This document shows positions 18,931 to 27,606 of a DNA stretch of 64,000 bases, piece after piece (the first letter of the stretch is position 1; the number at the start of each line of letters is the position of its first letter). The stretch spans positions 138,628 to 202,627 of the forward strand of contig JBAYKX010000001.1 in assembly GCA_041664345.1 (NCBI GenBank), in the 5' to 3' direction. Below the pieces are notes generated by a model. That model was not told the origin of the DNA and made no database searches. It was given only the letters and a program-made list of their open reading frames with translations. The position numbers and the translations under genes were made by a program. Source of the DNA: Salinivirgaceae bacterium. GTDB taxonomy: Bacteria > Bacteroidota > Bacteroidia > Bacteroidales > SZUA-534.

Positions 18931-20147
18931 TACCACTTATCAATCAATGCCGGGATGAAATAGATACCGGGTTCATTGGTAATAACAAATCCTGGTTCCA
19001 GTTTACGTCCCAAACGCAGGTACGCAGTTCCAAACTGGTCAATGGGACGGGTAACCTCATCGTAACCCACATAAATCTGGCCTAAGTCTTCCATATCGTG
19101 AACATCCAGTCCCATCATGTGTCCTAAACCATGTGGGAAAAAGAGAGCGTGTGCTCCTGCTTTTACGGCGGCATCCACAGCGCCTTTCATCAAACCTGCG
19201 TCTTTCAACCCTTGAGCAATTACCCGGGCTGTTTCCAGATGAACCGATTGGTAAGTTATTCCTGGTTTTGCAGCAGTAGTTGCGTAATTGTTAGCATTCA
19301 AAACAATCTGATAAATTTCTTTTTGCTTTTGGGTAAATTTTCCGTTTACCGGAACCGTTCGGGTAAAATCGGAAGCATAACCCATGTCCGTTTCAGCTCC
19401 GGCATCGGTAATCATTATTCTTCCGGCTTGCAGTATCTCCGTATGGTAATGGTTATGCAATGTTTGTCCGTTTTGAGTTAGGATAACTGGAAAAGAAATC
19501 CCTGCTCCGTGTTTAAAAGGGATGCTCTCAACAATTCCCGCAATCCGTTGTTCCGTTTCACCGGCTATGGCCATTTTCATCGAAGTAACGTGCATTTCAT
19601 ATCCAATGGCACAGGCCTTTTCAATTTCATCAATTTCAAAGGCATCTTTTATGGAGCGTAATTTAATAATTGCTTTTACCAATTCCAGTGAACGTTTTTC
19701 ATTCAGTTGGGTGGGATGGATTCCCAATAAATCGAAAAGTAAAATCTTGTTTTCAGCTCGGTAAGGAGGTAAAAAATGGATGAACCTTCCTTTCGCTGCG
19801 GCAGTTTTTAAAGTCTCAGCAAGCATTTTAAAAGCAGCTGATTTTCCAACACCCACTTGTGTGGCTTTATCTTTGAGCATCGGTTGGACTCCCATCCAGA
19901 TGATGTCCTCTATTTCCACATCGTTGCCAAAAAGGGTTTCTTCACCGGTTTCAAAATCAATCACCGCGGCCAATCCGGGATGATTAATTCCAAAAAAATA
20001 AAGAAAAGAACTGTCCTGACGGAAATGATATGTATTATCAGTATAATTCATGGGAGATTCAACATTACCAAGAAATAATCCTATTCCTTTTGTAACCAGT
20101 TTTTTTAGGTCGGCCCGGCGGCGGACATATACTTCTTTTTGAAACAT
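18759..20147 (-). CDS. Xaa-Pro aminopeptidase (M24B, aminopeptidase P family)
   Basis: 462 aa with an N-terminal AMP_N-like part and a C-terminal pita-bread fold: DAGAETDMGYASDFTRT, HGLGHMMGLDVHD, VITNEPGIY and GGIRLEDDLLIT. Confidence 0.9.
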   Translation of the reverse strand: MFQKEVYVRRRADLKKLVTKGIGLFLGNVESPMNYTDNTYHFRQDSSFLYFFGINHPGLAAVIDFETGEETLFGNDVEIEDIIWMGVQPMLKDKATQVGVGKSAAFKMLAETLKTAAAKGRFIHFLPPYRAENKILLFDLLGIHPTQLNEKRSLELVKAIIKLRSIKDAFEIDEIEKACAIGYEMHVTSMKMAIAGETEQRIAGIVESIPFKHGAGISFPVILTQNGQTLHNHYHTEILQAGRIMITDAGAETDMGYASDFTRTVPVNGKFTQKQKEIYQIVLNANNYATTAAKPGITYQSVHLETARVIAQGLKDAGLMKGAVDAAVKAGAHALFFPHGLGHMMGLDVHDMEDLGQIYVGYDEVTRPIDQFGTAYLRLGRKLEPGFVITNEPGIYFIPALIDKWYQEKINHEFINFDKVNQYRDFGGIRLEDDLLITNTGCRLLGKRIPITVEEIVATVGR

Positions 20148-20237
20148 AGCCTAAATTTTAAGATTTTTCGATGGGAGAAAATTACCATTCCTTTTTGTTT
20201 TTAGCAACTTTTAAAAATAACTTATGTAGCATATTCA

Positions 20238-20311
20238 AGTTAGAAGTCAGAAGAAGGAAGTCGGAAGTCAGGAGTGGGAAGACAGAAGTTAGAGATTAGA
20301 AAATAGAAAAA
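20238..20311. repeat. Degenerate heptamer array (GNNNGAA)n
   Basis: Reads gttagaa/gtcagaa/gaaggaa/gtcggaa/gtcagga/gtgggaa/gacagaa/gttagag/attagaa/aatagaa. Confidence 0.8.
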
Positions 20312-20714
20312 GCCCTCGTATGTTTGTGTATTTATTATTATTTGTAAAGTTTCAAACAAGCTGTTGTAGGTAATTTCGGGGGAAAGTACCTGAAATGTAT
20401 TGAGAATAAAGGTAAATTTAAATAATTAATACAAAAGGAACACATGGAAATACCAGATAGCCCTTGATAACATTTTTATGTATATAGTCTTTCAGATGCA
20501 GCACCCATGATTTTTCTCTTTTGAGTCTGAATAGTATCTAAGAAATAAACTAAGTCGTTTATATTCAGCACAATTTATGAGGAAAGAGGGCAAAGAGAAT
20601 TTCTTTTCATGAAATATATAAAAACCTTTCCTTTTTTTACATTATTTTTAACCAAATCATTAAACTTATTTAGCAAAAAAATTGTTAACCATTCAACTTT
20701 AAAATATTTAAATT

Positions 20715-20915
20715 ATGGCAGTAAGTGAAAGTAATGCAAGGTTAAGGAAATTAATTGATCAGGTGATTGATGACGGTGTTATTACTCATGAGGAATATGA
20801 TAGCATCATGCATATTGTTACTGAGGATGGTCATATCGATAATCAGGAAAGAGCAATGATAAAACAATTGCAAGGAATGATTGAAGACAAAACAGTAAAG
20901 TTTAGAAAGGGGTAA
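20715..20915 (+). CDS. Small hypothetical protein (66 aa)
   Basis: Isolated ORF in an AT-rich spacer. It contains the duplicated motif DDGVITHEEYDSI / EDGHIDNQERAMI. The family is uncertain. Confidence 0.4.
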   Translation: MAVSESNARLRKLIDQVIDDGVITHEEYDSIMHIVTEDGHIDNQERAMIKQLQGMIEDKTVKFRKG

Positions 20916-21013
20916 TATTTTTTTTAGTTTTTATACCCAAATCGTTGATTTAAAAGCTATTATTTTATCAATTGCTTAATAGCATCAATTAGAGATTTCC
21001 GAATTTTACAAAA

Positions 21014-21349
21014 TTACAATTCATTGTATTTTTTATTGGAATTAAAGCTTTTTTCCACCGGGTATTTTATCGCATTCTTGTCCACTTTTTTATTAATAGC
21101 ATCCAGCAAATCTATGCCAAAATGTTCTGAAATGTATATTAGGTAAATAGCAATATCGGCTAATTCATCCTTCATCTCTTCCCGGTTTATCTTCTCTTGC
21201 TGTTCCTTATCCTTCCAAAGAAAAAGTTCTTGCAATTCAGCTGCTTCAATGTTTAGTGCTAATAGCAAATCTTTAATCTGGTGGAATTGCTTCCAGTTTC
21301 TTTCTTCGCGGAATGCGATTACTTTATCGTGAATTTCGGTGTAGTTCAT
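21014..21349 (-). CDS. MazG-like nucleotide pyrophosphohydrolase (dCTP-pyrophosphatase-like)
   Basis: 111 aa with NWKQFH, NIEAAELQELF and DELADIAIYLIYI, the EExxE/D metal-binding helices of the all-alpha NTP-PPase fold. Confidence 0.75.
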   Translation of the reverse strand: MNYTEIHDKVIAFREERNWKQFHQIKDLLLALNIEAAELQELFLWKDKEQQEKINREEMKDELADIAIYLIYISEHFGIDLLDAINKKVDKNAIKYPVEKSFNSNKKYNEL

Positions 21350-21530
21350 TGCTTTTTTGATTTTGAGAGGTTATAACAATTACCAAAGTAAGCAAATTTT
21401 CTGTTATGGCTTTTCGGAATAATCGGTCGCACGGATATTTGAAACTATCATTTAGCTTATTTTTTTAGGATTCATTTATCACATAAAATATAATTGCTAC
21501 TTTCGTTTCTTTACCAAAACAATACCAACT

Positions 21531-22988
21531 ATGAAAACAAAAACGCAGCTATTGGTTTCTACTTTATGTACAAAATTGTTCCTTTTGTTAGGATTTATAT
21601 TCTTTAGCTTAACGGCAGGTGCAACAAAACCCGTTATTTCAAGCAATCCTTCTAATGAACCAAAATCCGGTATGCAATTATGGCTCACTCTACCCGACCA
21701 GTCCGTGCTTTTTCAAAAACAACCCGTAGTCCTTAATTTCGAAAATAGTACCAATGAATGGGAAACCATTGAAGTTGATACGGCAGTTACTTACCAATCC
21801 ATGGATGGATTTGGATATACCTTAACCGGAGGAAGTGCGCTGCTAATCAATTCCTTGGATGCTGAAACTAAAAAAGATTTGCTAATGGAGCTTTTTTCGA
21901 CCCATGGCGATGGCATTGGTGTTAGTTACCTGCGCATTAGCATTGGCGCCTCCGATTTAAGCGATACGGTATTTACTTACGATGAAATGCCCACTGGTCA
22001 GACGGATGAGAAACTTGCTAATTTTTCAATCCATCGCGAAAAAGCCGACTTGATTCCACTTTTAAAGCAAATTCTGGAAATAGCTCCTGATTTAAAAATA
22101 TTGGGTTCCCCCTGGACTGCGCCAACTTGGATGAAAACCAACAACAGCTATAAAGGAGGAAGCTTAAAGCTGGAATATTACAATGCGTATGCCCGATATT
22201 TTGTTAAGTATATACAAGCTATGGGAAAAGAAGGCATTCCCATTGATGCCATCACGGTGCAAAATGAACCACTGCATCCGGGGAATGTTCCGAGTATGTA
22301 TATGGAAGCAACGGATCAGGCTCTGTTCATCAAGAATCATTTGGGTCCGATATTTCAGGAGGCTGCAATTTCCACAAAAATAATTGTTTACGACCACAAC
22401 GCTGACCGACCCGATTACCCTTTAACGATTCTAAATGATCCGGAGGCTAAAAAATACATTGATGGTTCAGCCTTTCATTTGTATGGTGGAAATGTAAGTG
22501 CATTGTCGGAGGTACACAACACACACCCCGATAAAAACGTCTATTTTACCGAGCAGTGGGTTGGTGGTCCCAGCAATTTTGGGGGTGATTTAGGCTGGCA
22601 TATCGAAACCCTTATTATAGGTGCTCCAGGCAATTGGAGCCGTAATGTTCTGGAGTGGAAACTGGCTTCCGATACAAACTATTACCCTCATACCGATGGA
22701 GGTTGTACTAATTGTTTGGGAGCATTAACTATTTCCGATGGAGTATCGCGCAATGTGGCCTATTATATCATTGCTCATGCTTCAAAATTTGTTCGACCGG
22801 GTTCTGTCAGAATTAATTCGAATATGCCTGAAAAATTAAGCAATGTTGCGTTTATATCCCCCACAGGACAAAAAATTCTTGTTGTATTAAACAAAAGTGC
22901 CAATGCACAATCATTCAACATAAAATTTAATGGAAAGCAGGTTACTACTTCCTTGGAAAAAGGAGCCGTGGGAACTTATGTTTGGTAA
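21531..22988 (+). CDS. Glycoside hydrolase family 30 (glucosylceramidase / beta-1,6-glucanase-like), secreted
   Basis: Signal peptide, MDGFGYTLTGGSA, SPWTAPTWMK, ITVQNEP (acid/base Glu) and YFTEQW (nucleophile Glu). Confidence 0.85.
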   Translation: MKTKTQLLVSTLCTKLFLLLGFIFFSLTAGATKPVISSNPSNEPKSGMQLWLTLPDQSVLFQKQPVVLNFENSTNEWETIEVDTAVTYQSMDGFGYTLTGGSALLINSLDAETKKDLLMELFSTHGDGIGVSYLRISIGASDLSDTVFTYDEMPTGQTDEKLANFSIHREKADLIPLLKQILEIAPDLKILGSPWTAPTWMKTNNSYKGGSLKLEYYNAYARYFVKYIQAMGKEGIPIDAITVQNEPLHPGNVPSMYMEATDQALFIKNHLGPIFQEAAISTKIIVYDHNADRPDYPLTILNDPEAKKYIDGSAFHLYGGNVSALSEVHNTHPDKNVYFTEQWVGGPSNFGGDLGWHIETLIIGAPGNWSRNVLEWKLASDTNYYPHTDGGCTNCLGALTISDGVSRNVAYYIIAHASKFVRPGSVRINSNMPEKLSNVAFISPTGQKILVVLNKSANAQSFNIKFNGKQVTTSLEKGAVGTYVW

Positions 22989-23031
22989 GCATCTTTTTAG
23001 GACATCTGTTTTCGGAAAATGGATCATTTAC

Positions 23032-24978
23032 TTATCTGGAAACAATTTCAGGAATCACCGTTTTACAAGGCACGGTTAGTGGTATTCTTTCTATGGTTAC
23101 GATACTTGAGTCGAGTCCCCATGAATTGACATCACTGATACCAAAACGTTTAAAGAAATAATACAAGTTGATGATTATTTTATCAAAATAAGGTAAATCA
23201 ATTTGCTTTGATGCCCTGCGCTCAATCTGAACAATCCGGAAGTCCGTTTGAATATCATGCTTCCTCAGCGATGGGTACGGACTTATCAAATCAACAATCC
23301 CTTCTTTATTCAAATGGTTTAACACCTGTTTGAAGTAGTCGTTTATCCGGGGTTGCATTTTAAAGCCCATATAAAAATCAACCCGGATAATCTTTTTTGG
23401 AATCAGGTGAGTAACCTTATACTCCAAGGTGTATGGGTTATCCACAATGTCAACATGCAAAAACCAATAACAATCGGCACGCTTAGGGGTACGGTTTAAA
23501 ATGCTTTGAATGGCTTTGGCTTCAATATCGTTGCGGTTATCGGCATGAGTAGTGTACACCAGATGACTTGAAAACTTTGGAATGGACTTATCGACACTTA
23601 AATCATTAATAATTGGTAAGTAATGATCTATTTTATCGAAGGTAATAAACCGGTTCCGGATACGGCGCCCCCTGAAAAGCACAAACATAATAATTGATAA
23701 TAATGAGGCAACCATAATGGTAAACCAGCCACCATGCGAAAACTTATTCATGTTGGAGATTAAGAAAGAGCCCTCAATAATAAAATAACTCAATCCAAAA
23801 AAAGCCACAAACCACAACGATTTTTTCCGTAACATCAGATAATAAATCATCAAAACAGTGGTCATGAGCATGGTGATGGTGATGGATAAGCCATAAGCCG
23901 CCTCCATATTCGATGAACTTTGGAATAACAGTACAACTATGATGCATGAAACAAAAAGTAACCAATTAATGGCTGGTATAAACATTTGCCCTTTTGCACT
24001 CGATGGGTATTTAATCCTAATTTTAGGCCAAAAATTGAGCGAAATGGCTTCACTAATCAGGGTATAAGAACCGCTTATCATGGCCTGACTGGCAATAACG
24101 GCCGCAACGGTGGCTAATACAATGCCAAAAGGTAAAAACCATTCGGGCATCATGGCATAAAAAGGATTGATAGATGGGTTGATTTTGTCTAGATTAGAAA
24201 TAACCCATGCACCCTGTCCTAAATAATTAAGAATGAGGGCTGTTTTTACAAATCCCCAACTTATTCTAATATTGTGAATGCCACAATGACCCAAATCGGC
24301 ATACAATGCTTCTGCCCCTGTAGTACAAAGGAAAACAGCCCCCAACAATAAAAATCCTTGTGGATAATGAGCTAATAAGTTGTAGGCATAGTAAGGATTA
24401 AACGCTTTTAAAACCTCAGGAAATACCAATAAGTTGATAAAACCCAGAGTTCCTAAAACAGAGAACCAAATAAACATAATAGGGCCAAATGACTTACCAA
24501 TAAAGGAGGTTCCAAATTGCTGAATAAAAAACAGACCGGTTATAATTAAAATTGCAATAGCTAGTACTGGTATTCCATGGTTAATAAGTTTTAATCCTTC
24601 CACTGCTGATAATACTGTAATAGAAGGGGTAATTATACCATCGGCCAATAAAGTACTTCCACCAACAATTGCGAAAATGAACAACCATTTACGTTTACGA
24701 CGTAACAAGGCAAAAAGCGAAAAAATACCTCCTTCTCCCCTATTATCGGCTTTTAAGGTAATCAAAACGTACTTTACCGTGGTTTGTAAGGTCAGCGTCC
24801 ATATAATACAGGAAATTGCCCCCAGAATTAAATCAAGATTGGGCAAACCCCCTGCAGATAAGATGGCTTTCATCACATATAAGGGAGATGTCCCTATATC
24901 TCCATAGATAATCCCTAACGAAATGATAACTCCAACTGCACTTAACTTTTTGAAATGATTTGAAGATTGAATCGCCAT
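23032..24978 (-). CDS. kup: KUP/HAK/KT family potassium transporter
   Basis: 648 aa. Shows GVIISLGIIYGDIGTSPLYV and TGAEALYADLGH, ~12 TM segments and a cytosolic C-terminal domain. Confidence 0.92.
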   Translation of the reverse strand: MAIQSSNHFKKLSAVGVIISLGIIYGDIGTSPLYVMKAILSAGGLPNLDLILGAISCIIWTLTLQTTVKYVLITLKADNRGEGGIFSLFALLRRKRKWLFIFAIVGGSTLLADGIITPSITVLSAVEGLKLINHGIPVLAIAILIITGLFFIQQFGTSFIGKSFGPIMFIWFSVLGTLGFINLLVFPEVLKAFNPYYAYNLLAHYPQGFLLLGAVFLCTTGAEALYADLGHCGIHNIRISWGFVKTALILNYLGQGAWVISNLDKINPSINPFYAMMPEWFLPFGIVLATVAAVIASQAMISGSYTLISEAISLNFWPKIRIKYPSSAKGQMFIPAINWLLFVSCIIVVLLFQSSSNMEAAYGLSITITMLMTTVLMIYYLMLRKKSLWFVAFFGLSYFIIEGSFLISNMNKFSHGGWFTIMVASLLSIIMFVLFRGRRIRNRFITFDKIDHYLPIINDLSVDKSIPKFSSHLVYTTHADNRNDIEAKAIQSILNRTPKRADCYWFLHVDIVDNPYTLEYKVTHLIPKKIIRVDFYMGFKMQPRINDYFKQVLNHLNKEGIVDLISPYPSLRKHDIQTDFRIVQIERRASKQIDLPYFDKIIINLYYFFKRFGISDVNSWGLDSSIVTIERIPLTVPCKTVIPEIVSR

Positions 24979-25286
24979 TTTTTAAAGAATAAAACCCGGC
25001 AAAGTTAGGTGTATTCCTCTTAAATTATTCGCCTCAATAAAAATAATTGTTTTTGTAACGGAGTTCTTATAACAAGCATACAATCTGTTTTCATCTAATA
25101 AATCAACAAATGCATACAAAAAGACCAATCTATTACTTATGCAAACGTTAACTTAAATTCATGGGAATTATTCGGAAAAGCCATTTTTCACTGATAGGAT
25201 AACGTAGGTTAATAATTTCGATTTAGTATTTATACAATTTGAATAGTTGTACTTTTGAATCATAAACTTATGATAAAACCTATTTT

Positions 25287-25628
25287 ATGATTAATCAAAC
25301 ACTTAGTATTCATGCAGCCCAACAGAAAGTGGATGAATGGATAAAAACCATCGGGGTGCGCTATTTTAGTGAATTAACCAATATGACTATACTAACCGAA
25401 GAAGTGGGTGAATTGGCGCGTATTATGGCCCGCACTTATGGCGACCAATCGTTTAAAGAGTCGGATTTGAAGGGCAACCTTGCCGATGAAATGGCTGATG
25501 TATTATGGGTTCTAATATGTTTGGCAAATCAAACCGGGGTGAATTTAACCGACGCTTTTTTAAAAAACATAGAGAAGAAAACCCTCCGCGATGGAGAAAG
25601 ACACCGGAATAATATCAAACTTCAATAA
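25287..25628 (+). CDS. MazG-type nucleotide pyrophosphohydrolase domain protein
   Basis: 113 aa with LTEEVGELARI and LADEMADVLWVLICLAN, the EExxE plus ExxD helices. Confidence 0.75.
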   Translation: MINQTLSIHAAQQKVDEWIKTIGVRYFSELTNMTILTEEVGELARIMARTYGDQSFKESDLKGNLADEMADVLWVLICLANQTGVNLTDAFLKNIEKKTLRDGERHRNNIKLQ

Positions 25629-25636
25629 AAAGAAAA

Positions 25637-25668
25637 ACCAGCCTGTTTTTTGGTAATAGGCTGATTTT
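25637..25668. terminator. Possible shared terminator between convergent genes
   Basis: cagcct (25639-25644) pairs with aggctg (25658-25663). It has a U-rich loop, an A-run on the left flank and a T-run on the right. The stem is weak. Confidence 0.35.
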
Positions 25669-25767
25669 GTATGATGATTTATGGAAATACTAGCATTTTA
25701 ATTGGCTAGGCCACATTTACTTTTATCTTCGAAAAATATTCAGTTAACCCTACTCCGTTTTTCCTGA

Positions 25768-26547
25768 TTAATAATTTCCTTGAGCCTTTGCTCCTGTTAT
25801 AACGGCAACACTTGAGCCGCAGCCAATTCTGCTGGCACCAGCTTGTATCAAAGCAATTGCTTGATTGTATTCTTTAATCCCTCCGCTCGCTTTAACTCCT
25901 ATTTTTGGCCCTACAATACGCCGCATTAGCATAATATCGGCAACTGTTGCTCCGCCACCGCTAAATCCTGTGCTGGTTTTCACAAAGTCGGCTTCTGCTT
26001 TTTTTGCAATCTCACAGGCAATAACTTTCTCATCATCGGTCAACAGTACCGTTTCAATTATCACCTTTAAAATCGTGTTTTTCCTACAAACCCGTTTTAT
26101 TGCCCTGATATCCTCTTCAACTAATTTGTAATCCTTCGATTTTAGCGAACCTACATTAATTACCATATCCAATTCATTCGCCCCGGCTTCGATGGCATTA
26201 CTTGCTTCAAATGCCTTACTGCGGCTATCCATAGCACCTAAAGGAAACCCAATCACGGCACAAATTTTTATTCCTGAACCCCGTAGTTTTTTTGTGACAT
26301 AAGGAACCCAGCTTGAATTTACACAAACCGAATAAAATTTGTATTGCACTGCTTCATCGCAAAGTTTGTCGAATTGAGCTTTTGTAGCATCGGGCTTTAA
26401 TAAGGTGTGGTCAATGAACCCTGCCAATTCTGACTGTGAAATAAACGGTCCGGAATGAGAATTCGATTCCTGTTGAACCTTCTTTATCCCTTCCAACCGG
26501 GACATTACCTCTTGAGTAATTTTGTCAACTAATTCTTTATGATCCAT
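25768..26547 (-). CDS. deoC: Deoxyribose-phosphate aldolase (DERA) with an N-terminal ~40-aa extension
   Basis: The core aligns well with what I recall of Bacillus-type DeoC: IDHTLLKPDAT, VCVN, VIGFPLG, DMVIN, FVKTSTGF (Schiff-base Lys) and VKASGGI. Residues 1-~41 are additional. Confidence 0.9.
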   Translation of the reverse strand: MDHKELVDKITQEVMSRLEGIKKVQQESNSHSGPFISQSELAGFIDHTLLKPDATKAQFDKLCDEAVQYKFYSVCVNSSWVPYVTKKLRGSGIKICAVIGFPLGAMDSRSKAFEASNAIEAGANELDMVINVGSLKSKDYKLVEEDIRAIKRVCRKNTILKVIIETVLLTDDEKVIACEIAKKAEADFVKTSTGFSGGGATVADIMLMRRIVGPKIGVKASGGIKEYNQAIALIQAGASRIGCGSSVAVITGAKAQGNY

Positions 26548-26554
26548 GTTTTTG

Positions 26555-27031
26555 TTACAATTTTTCTATTGACATCATTTTATTAATCCTTGGCCAATGC
26601 CTTCCACCTTCAAACCTTGTTTTAAGCCACAATTTCGACATAGAACAAAGTTCATCCATAGTATGTTGTGCAGTCCCCAAAGTTAACACATTGGCACAAT
26701 TATGTTCACGGCTGTTCAAAATAGTTTTTGGGCTCCAGCATAATGCCGCCCTGATACCATTTACTTTATTACAAACCATGCAAGAGCCAATTCCGGCAGC
26801 ATCGAGCATAATCCCACGCTCACACTCGCCGGTAACCACTTTACGTGCAACCGCCAATGCAAAATCGGGATAATCAACCTTTATTGTGCTGTTATTGGTT
26901 CCTACATCAATCACTTTATAACCAATCAACTGAAGATAGGACTTTATGGTTTCTTTTGCCTCGTAAGAGCCATGATCAGCGCCAATGGCTACTCTCCGGA
27001 CCTGATCATGCGTGTTAGCATTTTCGCTCAT
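26555..27031 (-). CDS. RpiB/LacA/LacB-family sugar-phosphate isomerase-like protein
   Basis: 158 aa with VAIGADHGS, DYPDFA, GIRAALC, REHNCANVL and GGRH. The motif at the expected catalytic Cys reads GIMLDAAGIG. Confidence 0.8.
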   Translation of the reverse strand: MSENANTHDQVRRVAIGADHGSYEAKETIKSYLQLIGYKVIDVGTNNSTIKVDYPDFALAVARKVVTGECERGIMLDAAGIGSCMVCNKVNGIRAALCWSPKTILNSREHNCANVLTLGTAQHTMDELCSMSKLWLKTRFEGGRHWPRINKMMSIEKL

Positions 27032-27056
27032 TTATTTCAATTTACATTATAATTTT

Positions 27057-27326
27057 TCAACCAGCAATCTGATCCACAATTCCTACAATCACGGTTTTAA
27101 CAGTTAATGAGTCTGGTTCATTTAATATGGTGCGGGCTGAGTTCCCTTCATCTAAAACCAAAACAATATCTCCAACTCCTGCTTGCACTGCATCAATCGC
27201 CAACAAAGATTTTCCAATCAGGTTCCCATTGGTATCGATAGGTTGTACTATCAAAATCTTTTTCGATTCATAGCCTTTGGCTTTAATGGTGGAAACTACA
27301 TTTCCTATAATTTTCGCTAATATCAT
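27057..27326 (-). CDS. BMC-P pentameric vertex protein (EutN/CcmL family), copy 4
   Basis: MILAKIIGNVVSTIKA..KILIVQP..AIDAVQAGVGDIVLV..GNSAR..VIVGIVD. The ATGA start overlaps the upstream stop. Confidence 0.88.
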   Translation of the reverse strand: MILAKIIGNVVSTIKAKGYESKKILIVQPIDTNGNLIGKSLLAIDAVQAGVGDIVLVLDEGNSARTILNEPDSLTVKTVIVGIVDQIAG

Positions 27327-27598
27327 TTTCCCTCCTCAACCAGCATTTCATCAATAATTCCCATTATGGCAGTATCGCAGGGGTTCATTATAGTTTCAAT
27401 AACACGGCTCGCTTCGCGGCTTGTTTCATAATATACAAATTCACCGATGCCGCATTGTATGGTATCTGCCACAACAATAGGATCGCCCACATTTGCCATT
27501 TTTTCATCCAACGGTTGCAGCAAGAGAAGTTTTACCCCTACCAACGATTCCACTTTTACGGTACTAACAACCCTCCCCAAAACTTTGCCAAATTTCAT
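27323..27598 (-). CDS. BMC-P pentameric vertex protein (EutN/CcmL family), copy 3
   Basis: MKFGKVLGRVVSTVKV..KLLLLQP..VADTIQCGIGEFV..AIMGIIDE. I prefer the ATG at 27598 because the track start at 27640 would overlap the AldDH 3' end. Confidence 0.85.
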   Translation of the reverse strand: MKFGKVLGRVVSTVKVESLVGVKLLLLQPLDEKMANVGDPIVVADTIQCGIGEFVYYETSREASRVIETIMNPCDTAIMGIIDEMLVEEGK

Positions 27599-27606
27599 GG
27601 TTGCAA

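Noticed and set aside
21014-25628. Functional link between the two MazG-like pyrophosphohydrolases and the DERA microcompartment (dNTP to deoxyribose feed)
   Set aside because: This rests on proximity alone. The nearer copy is convergent and separately terminated, and the other is 4 kb away behind GH30 and kup. No kinase, phosphorylase or mutase genes connect them.
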